Shown here one piece after another: positions 11,264 to 21,875 of a DNA stretch of 64,000 bases. The stretch is from assembly GCA_002269645.1 (NCBI GenBank), contig NIVC01002430.1, positions 1-64,000 on the forward strand, in the 5' to 3' direction. Both the position numbers and the translations under genes were made by a program. Each line of letters begins with the position of its first letter. Within the stretch, counting starts at the first letter, position 1. The notes under the pieces are model-generated. The model did no database searches and was not told the DNA's origin. It saw only the letters and a program-made list of their open reading frames with translations. The DNA comes from Macrostomum lignano. Taxonomy: Eukaryota.

Positions 11264-13151
11264 GACGCGATGGTGCTGACAGAACTTTGCTGGACCGATT
11301 GGGCCTGCGTTCTATCAGTTACTTAGTGCATTTTTTCCGCTGCTCTTTTATCTTATACTAGCAAGAATACAATTTAAATGAAATCTCATTCTTTTTTTCA
11401 ATTATACTCGCGCGTTATACGCCGCCATCTAATTTGTTCTTCAAACTTGCATTTGAGGGGCAACTCGATCCATCGCCAGTTAATAAAGTTGAGACGACAG
11501 CATCTTGTTTTAATTTTCGATATAATTTTTGTTCCATGAGAACAGAGGAACTTTTTGCTTGAACGTAGTAAAGAACTTTATTTAATTATTTTGTTGTACT
11601 AAGTCAAGTTTTTAAATATATATGTTCCATTTTCAAGGAGAGCATACAACAATAAGGTATGTGTAATCGACTGATAGAAATATTTTAAATGTTTCAAATC
11701 AAATTACAAGCTGGGCATATAGGTTTTGAACATTGTAGCAGATATTTTTGTTGGCTATCCCTTAATTATATCTTCTCTCTACAACAGCAATAAAGGATAG
11801 GGAACACGAAAACCAGTTTCAATGCATGGTCTACATTTTCTCATAGCCTCAAGCCTACGGCCGAGCTCAGGCCCGTAGTGGAAAGATAGGTGAAGTCTCG
11901 TGTCCGAGTATTTAACTTTGCGGGAGAGAAAGAAAGTTCTTAAGCTCTCTATAGCTCCTCCATTTTACTGTCATCGCCTTCTAGGCCCACGTCACGGGCT
12001 ACAGGGGGTGGCAGTGGTGCGGTTCGATCACACGTACCAAAGCTGCCACGCGCAGCGGGCCCGTGCCGCACTTTACCGCGCGGCCTACACAGTCATTTGT
12101 GCCGATTATACATGTACATAAAATTTCTGCACTAATTCGACACGATCGAATATTTATTCTTGCTCAGTTACGAAATGCGTAAGTATCTAATTTCAGATTA
12201 GCACAGATCCGTACATAAAAGATATACTGAGTTGTTAAAAAACTTAACTGGGCTTTTTGAAGATGAGGGGAACGTCGGCTAATTCACGCGTCTGTAAAAA
12301 AACAAATTTTCGTAATTCAATTTTCTTCAAGCCTTTAAAATATTATAAAAATAAATAAAAACTTAGCATTTTAATAAAGCCCAAGTCTTGTTACTTAGGT
12401 AGATAAATATACTGTCGTTTTTTGAATTTAAAATTTTTGTCTTCTGTAATTTAAGATTATTATACATTACGACGACGAAGTTTAACTATCAAATCTTTTA
12501 AATGGCGTAATGATTAGCTAGTAAAAAATTCCTAAACTTGGTAAGCCTACCAACAACCGCCTCAACCGATAACCGAATTCATAAATCATACATCAAATGA
12601 AATCACATCAAATGCTGCCCTAGTGCCCTTGAAAGTAAAATTGAATGTTGTGCGACAACGGTAGGGCCTACCCATAGTCATTTAACCAAGGGCGGACCTG
12701 GAACTATTTTGAGGAGGGGGGGGGGCAAAGCTTTCCTAAACAGCCAAGCTTTCTAATCAACAAACAACAACCCAACCCAATGCCAAATTAGAAGTAGAAA
12801 TAGGACCTACACAGCCCACAGCACAGGCATGACACACAGCACTTATAATAGGCTAGGCCTAATTATAAGTGAAAATACTGTTATTAGTTAATGATATTTT
12901 TAGGCCTAGTTAAGTGATCATAACATATTAGTAATAATCAAAATTATGTGTTTTTAGACCTATTCATAGGGCTTAATCATAAATATATGTTTAGACCTTT
13001 ACTAGCATAGGCCCCCTAGGTCCTAGGTGCCATCAAATTTGTCAACATCTAATTCTTCAACTCTATTGTCATTGACAAATTCAGTTTATTTTACCATGCA
13101 TTATTATTAACAAATTTGGTTACCTGATGATATACTAACTAGGCCAAGGGG

Positions 13152-13220
13152 GGCTATAGCCCAGCGGTAGCGCAGCTGCTCTGGTGTGCCAGCGACTCAG
13201 GCTCAATTCCAAGTGTAGTC
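13152..13220 (+). pseudogene. Degenerate tRNA-like / SINE head
   Basis: GGCTATAGCCCAGCGGTAGCGC (A box), GGCTCAATTCC (B-box-like); acceptor GGCTATA pairs with TGTAGTC. Anticodon arm is not well formed. Confidence 0.4.
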
Positions 13221-13350
13221 ACATTAATTTGGGGCTGAATTGGAATCTCAGCTTGGCTCTGCTTGTGCAATTAGGCCTAACAGCCTTGAGGGAGGGCCAA
13301 CCCCCCAAGGCATAATGAAGTGTATATGCCTAATGATAATATAAAGTTAG

Positions 13351-13810
13351 GGCGGCTATACACTCACGTATGCGACTTTGGTTCCACGTGGTAAAAATCG
13401 CGTCAAATACCGTATTGATATGTGTTGCACATTTTGACGCAGAATTCAATGCGGGATTTCCCGCACTAAACTCAACTTGAGTTCTTAAGCCTATTCAATG
13501 CGAGATTCAATGCGGGATTTCCCATACTAAACTCAACTTGAGTATTGAGTTCTTAAGCCTATTCAATGCGGAATTCAATGCGGGATTTCCTGCACTGAAC
13601 TCAACTTGAGTTCTTAAGCCTATTCAACGCGGAATTCAATGCATGATTTCCTGCAATAAACTCAACTTGAGTTCTTAAGCCTATTCAACGCGGAATTCAA
13701 TGTGGGATTCAATGTGGGATTCAATGCGGGATTTCCCGCACTAAACTCAACTTGAGTTCTTAAGCCTATTCAACGTGGAATTCCATGCAGGTTTCAACGC
13801 GGGATTTAAT
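13351..13810 (+). repeat. Transposon-end-like sequence: unique terminus plus about 61-bp tandem subterminal array (copy 1)
   Basis: GGCTATACACTCACGTATGCGACTTTGGTTCC...TGTTGCACAT followed by repeats of GAATTCAATGCGGGATTTCCCGCACTAAACTCAACTTGAGTTCTTAAGCCTATTCAATGCG. Inverted copy at 21240-21875. Confidence 0.8.
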
Positions 13811-14759
13811 GCAATAGAAAATTTGTTGATAGAATCAGAGACTAGTCAAATAATGGATAATTATGACAATGCAATTATACTAACAATTTATTTATAATAG
13901 CGTCGAACAGCAAAAAACACAAAACAAAGAATCAGTGGTTGCCACAAGTGACGATTGTCTGGCGAGTGCGATAAGTTTTCCATTGTTCTGCATAAAAATG
14001 CAAATAGTGATCGTTAAATTGCAAGGCAATGAAGCTATTGTTAGCAAATAGCGCCTTTTTGTTGTGCAATGTAACATGGACAAGTTTGCAGCATTATTTG
14101 ACGTGGTACTTTTACCCAGAATGTCTAGAGTAGCTTCCAGCTTTCCTCTTGACACAATTTGGGACAGAAACTCTTGAAACAGCTCGTATTTTTTATGATT
14201 TTTGTTATAGAATTGACTGAAATTACAGAGTCTAGGAAAACCACTTTCGCTCCACTTTTTGCTATCCATATTGGATAGAGAAGTTTACTAAAAATAACAA
14301 AAGATTAATAAAAGAATTTTGAGAATCATATATTTAAGGATATAATAAAATTGTAGGTTAGAAAAATACACTTTCATTTCTCCAAAATGTTGCAAAGCTG
14401 TTTATTATAGGCTTAGAGCAATGTTCCTTGTAAAATATAGCTACATTTATATGTGCTTGCTGTATTTAAATGCTTTTAAAGAAATGTTTCCTTTGGTTTA
14501 AATGTGCAGATTTAAAAGATATACAAAAATGCAATCAAGTAAAAAATAGCTAAAGCCTTCCTAAGTGTAGAAAATAACAAAAGATTTCGTTTGTGTTTAA
14601 AAGTGAAAAACGCAACAAAAAGCTATCTTTACTTTGTACATGTACTATCAGCGGAACTGCTATTGACACGTGCACCTGTTGTACTGCTAGCCTTGCCCTG
14701 TTAACAAGGTCAGGCGGAGGGGTCAGAAACCTAGTGCTACACCAGCAAAGCTGGCGTCT

Positions 14760-15180
14760 GCATCGTCAAATTCTAAGAGCAGCTCATGCTACCGTTGCGG
14801 CTCGACAAGCCATCAAGCCAATGACTGCCATTTCAAAAACGCTACCTGCCGTCACTGCCAGGAGAGACACCTGGAACGGTGTACCATTTTAAGGCCAAGG
14901 GGCTTGCGGCAGGCCAGGCCACTACTAAGAAGTCAGTTATGCACATTTGCAATCACGTGGACGTACAATACATGCAGTCTCAAGCATCGACCACGAGATG
15001 CCGAAACTGGAAGTGCTGATTCGCATCCAAGGTGAGGATCACGTCGTAGAAATTGACACGGTGACAAATGGCAAATTCATCACGAAGTTTTCTGGAGGAA
15101 GCTAGGGATGCCACCGCTGGAAGAAACCAAAGTGGCACTACGAGTTCGCTAGCCAACACAACATGCTGGTCCTGGGAACA
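14760..15180 (+). pseudogene. Ty3/Gypsy LTR retrotransposon gag-protease relic
   Basis: From 14787 one frame reads CYRCGSTSHQANDCHFKNATCRHCQERHLE (gag CCHC knuckle plus a damaged second one). Downstream are PKLEVLIRIQGEDHVVEIDT (aspartic protease DT[G] motif, frameshifted) and FWRKLGMPPLEET. Confidence 0.75.
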
Positions 15181-15917
15181 TGCACAGTTTTTATTACAAA
15201 TATACTTGATTCAAAAAAGGAACAGCACAAAAAGTTTGGCTAATGCCATTTGTGAGTATTTGCAACTTTGGGCTTATGAAATGAAGTAAAAACAACATGA
15301 AAATGAAAACTTCAATACACAGCTATATGAAAATATAATAGAGTAACATGTTGTGCATGTTAAATTAAAAGAATGGTAGTCTTCACTGCCCCAGATCAAA
15401 TACAATCATTGCTTTTGTGACAAAAAACTGATTTTTTCCTATCTCCGCAGTGTATTTTTTCCAGGAAATCGTGGCCTCTAAAAAATTGCACGATCTTTGA
15501 GTTTACATCCTGTTAGTCTAGAAGTCCTTGTATGTACCATCATAGGAAAATTTCCAACTGAACAGTGCAAGTCTCCTAAAAATTAGTTGATTCATCTTTA
15601 AATCTATTACAAGCAAATGGACAACTTATTTTTATTATATAGGATTTAGTTTAGTCTAGTCAACATAGGCTTAATTCATTTTATTGGGCCATAGGTAAAA
15701 GCTTAAATGCTTAATAAAAAACCAAAGGATATAAGTATTAGTTGGTAAAGCTAGTATTAATACTATGTAGCTAGTGTTATACAGATATATAATTAATACA
15801 ATGCTTATAGCCTTCTAAAAATAAATAATTAAATAATTAAATAGTATTTACTCTGATGATTATAGAATACATGTATTTGCAAACTACCATAATATGTATA
15901 TACATATATTATACATA

Positions 15918-16875
15918 TCTCTACCTATAAAAACCAAAACTCTGTCTGTCTGTCTGTGGACAAATTACTTTGCTATGGACTCCCAAACCGCTCAACCAAA
16001 TTACACCAAACTTTACACCCACCCTAAACTTACTACGGAGAATGTCTTAGGCTACCTTTTAATTTCCTAGACTCAAGTCTTCCTACCTAAAAGTACAAAA
16101 AACTGCTAAAAATGTGCGATTTTTTCACTAAATCCTTCATAGCGCCGCTTCACTTCTACCGATTCTCTTCAAATTTGACACAGACAATCTTCAACTATTT
16201 TGGCACAATCGTGTAAAATTTCAAGTCTCAAAGTTAATCCTGAACGGCGCTGTGAACTTTTAAAGTTAGGCTGTTTTTTTCAGCCAGGCAGCCACCCCAA
16301 CCTCCGCCCGCCTGCCTGCCTCTCTTTCCCGATCTGGGCCCAGATGTGTAAAAGGGTTTCAAAATTGACTAACTTTCAGTTGCCATAAGTTTGCTCCACG
16401 TAAAGCGATTGACTTCAAACTTGACACAATTCTTCATTGACTCATTCTCTATCTAAATGTAAAGTTTCAACTCTGTAACTCAACCGAAAAAGAAACTGTA
16501 AGCATGTGAAGTTTGTCTGCTTTTTCTGTTGTTTGCCGCTCATCCAACTCATTCCCCCAGAGCCAGACGAAGGGTCAGGCGATAGGACTGAATGTACATA
16601 GCAAATGTACAGTGTTTTGGAATAACTTTATTTATAGCCTTCTCGCAATCTCGCACCCCGAGAGTGGAGAGGCTACGTTTAGCCATAACAGTTTAGTGAG
16701 AAATTCTAACCACTGCCCTCCCCTCTGTATTGGCAAACTCTGCAGCAGTTTAACAGTGGATGGCAATTGGCAATTGGCAAATCGAGGGAATCCACTATCC
16801 AGCATGGTTTGTAAAAGCGAGATTTATGAAAAGGCGATGCGATGCAATGCAATACGAGTACAACCCTACTAAATT
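15918..16875 (+). mobile_element. Possible non-autonomous Helitron-like element
   Basis: Starts A|TCTCTACCTATAAAA, then a short (TCTG)n tract and an AAACCGCTCAACCAAATTACACCAAACTT motif reminiscent of invertebrate Helitron-N 5' ends. The 3' CTRR/hairpin end is not clearly preserved. Confidence 0.35.
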
Positions 16876-17099
16876 AGGCACACCATGGAAATTTTAGGTT
16901 TCTTCTAAAGGTACTGTGTAAATTTTAAATGGCCTCCTAAGAAATGCGTATTTCCTTGGTTGTTAGACTGATGCAGACTGCAGTGGAACTGAAGATACAC
17001 AAATTCCTTTCAGGGCTGCGAATTGGCAAGAAAGATGACGTGATCAAAGCATGAGAACAACCATGTGAGTGGCCAGATAAAGAATCCAGCTCATGGCTG

Positions 17100-17773
17100 A
17101 GGGGCAGATGAGAGTGGAAAGAAGAAGGAATAGACGATTCGAAGAGAGGAGAAGCGAAAGAGGGGATAAAAGAAAATATAAAAGATAATAGGAGAGATGA
17201 GGGGGTGAGGACGATGAGAGAGAGGGGGAGAAAAGGGGAGAGAGGAAAAGCGAGAGGAGAGAGTAGAGATGAGAGCAGAGAGCTGCAGATGAGAGTAGAC
17301 AGCAGAGAGGAGAGCAGAGAGTAAAGGGAAGAGAGAAGAGATAAAGATACATCTCTACATCTCTAAGGTTGTAGAGATGAGAGAGGTGGAAGGAGAGATG
17401 AGAAATGAGAGATGAGAGATAAAGGAGAGAGGAGAGTGGAGAGAGAAGAGAGGGAGAGAGAGTATAGAAAAGGGAAGAGAAGAGAAAAAAGTAAGGAGAA
17501 AGGAAAGTGAGGAGTCAAAAGATGGGAAAGAAAAGAGTATAGAGGAGAGAGGTGAGAGAACATATAAGACAGAGATGCCAGATTAAAGAGGGGGATGAGA
17601 GAGCAGAGACGAGAGTGAACAGATGAAAGATAGGAGAGTAGAGAGAACAGAGGAGAGATAAGAGATTACAGAGACGAGAGGAGAGAGGAGAGACAAAGGT
17701 AGAGAAGTGAGTGAGAGAGGAGAGGAAAGAGGAGAATGGAGAGGGGAGAGATAAGAGAGAAAGACAGAGAGAA

Positions 17774-17852
<79 letters not shown>

Positions 17853-18420
17853 CAGAGAGAAATGAGAAGAGATAAGAGTGAAAAGATAAAAGAAGAGAAA
17901 GGAAAGATGAGAGAGCAAAGGCGAGAGAGAAAAGAGGTGAGGGAAGAGACGAGAGAAGAGGGGAGAGAGGAGAGAGGAAAGAAGAGATGAGAGGAGAGAA
18001 TGAGGAACGAGTAGAGAGGAGAGATGAGAGAGTAGAGGAGACAGTTAAGAGAAGAGAGAAAAGAATAGAGAGGAGAAGGAAGAGACGAGAGAAGAGGGGA
18101 GAGAGGAGAGGAGAGAAAAGAAGAGGGAAGAGATGAGATAAGAGATATGAAAGAGAAGAGAGATGAGGGAAGATACGAGAAAAGATGGGAGAGAGGAGAG
18201 AGGAGAGGAGAGAGAAAACGAAAGAGTAGAGAGGAGAGAGGAGAGGAGAGAGAAAACGAAAAAGTAGAGAGGAGAGAGGAGAGGAGAGAGAAAACGAAAA
18301 AGTAGAGAGGAGAGAGAAGAGAGATGAAAGAGAAGAGAGATGAGGGAAGATACGAGAGAAGAGGGGAGAGATAAGAGAGGAGAGACGAGGGACGAGAGAG
18401 AAGAGAGGAAACAGAAGAGA
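17100..18420. repeat. Purine-rich (GA)n low-complexity tract with a pure (GA)n core at about 17778-17848
   Basis: Seen directly; it generates the spurious S/L-rich minus-strand ORFs. Confidence 0.95.
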
Positions 18421-20354
18421 CGATAGAAATTTTAAAGCATCCAAGGGACGTAGGGAGAGGCAGGGAGAGGCCAGAGTTTGCCCATACATGTTTTAGAGTC
18501 AGACAGACATTGCCTGACATTCTGCGCAGTACCCCAGCCAACAATATCAATGTTTGCCTCAAATCCTAATTTTATGCAAATGTGCTCCATTTTATGTCTA
18601 CCTCTATCCTACTAACTATTAACAAGTTTTTGTTTGTGTATGGCCTTAGATTCCAGAATACATGCAAAAGTAGTTCCGGGTATTGGAATTCCCCGGGTTC
18701 AAAATCCGCGGGTTTCAACAGCTTGTATATATATAAATATATGTAATGTAAATTTACTTTGAATGCTCAAAGTTAAATAAAATGCACTAGTACTAATAGT
18801 ATCATTATACAATACTACCAACTAGGCCCTATCCAAAGAAAAAACTTCCTCTTGATCTTTTGATAAGAATATATTTCAAAATTAGCCTTCAGAAAATTAG
18901 AAATTAGAAATTCCTAAAGTATTTTCTCCTTTAGTTACCTCTATCATGGTCTTAAATTATGACATGCTTATCTGAAAGCTAAAATCAATATACATATAAA
19001 TGGAGTATTATACATATTATACATATTAATATATGTATTATATAAAGAGATGGTGTAATTTTCTTCAGAACATGGTTTTGCTCTTCTAGTTTAGTAAGTG
19101 CTTCTATTATCAAACAGAATTAATAAGTATGAATGCTTCGACTCTATTATTATTACTAAGCAGGTAAATTTTTACTAACGTGGCTAAGCTTTATGTTTTT
19201 ACAGTCCCTATACAATACTTAACAGGAACAGAAAGCTTATAGGCCTAGAACAATGAAAAATCTTGATCTTTAATTGTTAAATTTTTTAAACACTAAAATA
19301 CGAGAAGAAAGAGGCAGAGCAAGAAATATTTGTGAGTGGCAAGTGCCTGAGTCTGAGTTCCATGTCCAAATACAAAAATAAAAAGTGCAACTTAAATAAT
19401 AGCCTAGAGTATGAGCGTAGATGAATCAAAATATTGTCTGCAATTTTAGTATAAGAAACAAACAAATATCAACGAAGTCCAGCTCATTTTGCAGCTTATA
19501 TCATTTAAAAATCTATACAACAGTAAACTATATTTTTTATTTTTCTCAACTTACCCTTTTTCATGCTACGAACCATACATACTTCAAATATTTGATTAAC
19601 AATTTAAACGTCATAAAATTATAATAATTATAATAGTAATATTTAATACACATTGTAATTATTGCAATGTGCATTGTTCCTGGATAATTTGTAAAGGAAG
19701 TTCCTTTGAAAGGCTTAAATTGCCTTGTTTTTGCTGGGAAGAACAGGAAGAGTTATTTGGACAAGTTCTGGTCAGTTGAATGTGCACCATTGTATTATCG
19801 CAGACCAGCATTGCAATAATTATAAGAAAAATTATAATTCATATTGTAATTTTTGCACTGAAATTGCGTTACATAAGAATTATTAAAATAATTATAATTT
19901 TTTCGCAATTTTTTCGACTAGTGTACAAATTAGCAAATAAAAATATAAAACTAGGTATATTTCTCACAGTGCTTTTCTAAGAGTGCTGGTCGAGCATTGA
20001 TAGACTGTGTATCTCATGCATATTCAGCCCCTAAAATAATCCATACAGTTAAATTTAATTATCCAATAAATCTGTGATTGATCAAAAAGCTTTTGATTAG
20101 CATGGGCACAGGCACAGAGCATTGAATTTTAAGACAGTCAAATTCAGATAAATCTTGATGAGCCCACCGTGTAAATGGAGCCGGATAGTCCACCAGACGA
20201 AATCAATCTACAGGATTGGCATTCCCATGGAACTGCAGAGAATTGTGGAGTCAGGCGAAGATGTCATCATGGTTGCCAAGAGTGCACCCTGGTTAGCTAG
20301 CCTTCCCTCATGCTACACCTTTTCACATTCAATTTTGATTAAAGTCCAGTTTTA

Positions 20355-20521
20355 AAAAACTAGCGCAAATTCAATTGAGACAATTCAGACTGGGGCAATG
20401 CTTACGGAAAATCAATAGAAACAAACCCCAGTTCAAAACATTCTGCCACAGAAGCAAGGTTTAGCCATAGACAAAATTTTCCCCAGTCTGAATTGTCTAA
20501 ATTGAATTTGCACTAGTTTTT
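20355..20521. mobile_element. MITE of about 165 bp with 41-bp TIRs
   Basis: AAAAACTAGCGCAAATTCAATTGAGACAATTCAGACTGGGG versus CCCCAGTCTGAATTGTCTAAATTGAATTTGCACTAGTTTTT: two mismatches. Confidence 0.75.
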
Positions 20522-20638
20522 GTCGGATTTTGCCATACAGAAATACGCTCAAACTCTGCCAGTGATTAATTGCAGTGAGCTCGTCTACACTCAAACATAA
20601 CAACAAGACATAAAAATGAATTTAATTTTAGTACTTAC

Positions 20639-21215
20639 GATGCCCTAGTGCAAAAGTCGCAGAACCAAACAGGGTGCTTGAGCTCATCGACCCAGGGATT
20701 GTTCGTTAAGCACTGGATATGCGCCCATAGACGGCAAGAGTCACAGAAGATCTGTAATGAAATGTAGTAAATCATTTTTAATTCCTTTGCCACACTTCGT
20801 GCCATTTATTTGGTGTCATCTGCATTCTTTAATCCCTGCTGTTCCAACCATGGATCCGCCAAGTGGCGCCGGGGACCATGAGGCCAATCTCCATTTGGTC
20901 TGCACTGTACCAGATGGCCGCCTCAGACTCAGCACGATAAACTGCTGAACTCTGAAGCCCCCCCCCTGGCGTCGCACCATTATATTCAAGTAAGTTAGTG
21001 CATAATTCTTTTTGTAAATTAGAAATTAAATCTAAATGTTTAGTTTAAATTTTAGTTTAAGGACAAAGAACTCACCCAGAAGTCCTGCTGGCCAGCTTTA
21101 GCAGATGCTTTTGGACAATCTTTCTCCCCGCAATGAAAGCAATGGGAGTCGCACCCTTTGCTAGCGTGGTAAAGTAGTGCGCGCCAAATCTGCTCACGGA
21201 AGTCACAAAGGGCAT
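20639..21215 (-). CDS. Two spliced exons encoding a PHD finger (gene fragment, probably transposon-derived)
   Basis: Exon 21215-21076 (CAG| ... |GTGAG) reads ALCDFREQIWRALLYHASKGCDSHCFHCGEKDCPKASAKAGQQDFW. Exon 20751-20639 (CAG| ... |GTAAGT) reads IFCDSCRLWAHIQCLTNNPWVDELKHPVWFCDFCTRA. The phase-0 join gives a C4HC3 pattern. Confidence 0.75.
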
Positions 21216-21239
21216 CTGGAGTAGACCTTATAGCCTTAT

Positions 21240-21875
21240 AGCCAATAGGCTTAAGAACTCAAGTTGAGTTTAGTGCGGGAAATCCTACATTGAATCCCGC
21301 ATTGAATTCCGCATTGAATAGGCTTAAGAACTCAAGTTTAGTGCAGGAAATCCTACATTGAATCCCGCATTGAATTCCGCATTGAATAGGCTTAAGAACT
21401 CAAGTTGAGTTTAGTGTGGGAAACCGCGTTGAATAGGCTTAAGAACTCAAGTTGAGTTTAGTGCGGGAAATCCCGCATTGAATTCCGCGTTGAATAGGCT
21501 TAAGAGCTCAAGTTGAGTTTAGTGCAGGAAATCCCACATTGAATCCTGCATTGAATTCCGCATTGAATAGGCTTAAGAACTCAAGTTGAGTTTAGTGCGG
21601 GAAATTCCACATTGAATCCCGCATTGAATTCCACATTCAATGGGCTTTAGAATATAAATGATTATTATTAAGGACAGTAAAAAGGATACAGTTAAGTTTG
21701 TTTAGAATGTATAATATGTTAATACTTCGATTAGTTTTACGCAGAAAATTCCACATTGAATCCCGCATTGAATTCAGCGTTGAAATGTGCAACACATATC
21801 AATGCGGTATTTGACGTGGTTTTTACTGTGCGGAACCAAAGTCGCATACGAATACACTCCTGTGTGAGTGTGTGC
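21240..21875 (-). repeat. Transposon-end-like sequence with about 61-bp tandem array (copy 2, inverted)
   Basis: Reverse complement of 13351-13810, including ATGTGCAACACATATCAAT...GGAACCAAAGTCGCATACG. Confidence 0.8.

Noticed and set aside
13892-14269. Possible MULE-like transposase exons on the minus strand (…FYAEQWKTYRTRQ…)
   Set aside because: Only a vague resemblance, with stops and no diagnostic motif; needs BLASTX.
17515-18562. Long S/L-rich minus-strand ORFs
   Set aside because: Artefacts of the (GA)n tract, which lacks stops on that strand.
20150-20215. Hammerhead ribozyme (TGATGAG…CGAAA)
   Set aside because: The core is TTGATGA rather than CTGATGA and no supporting stems were found.
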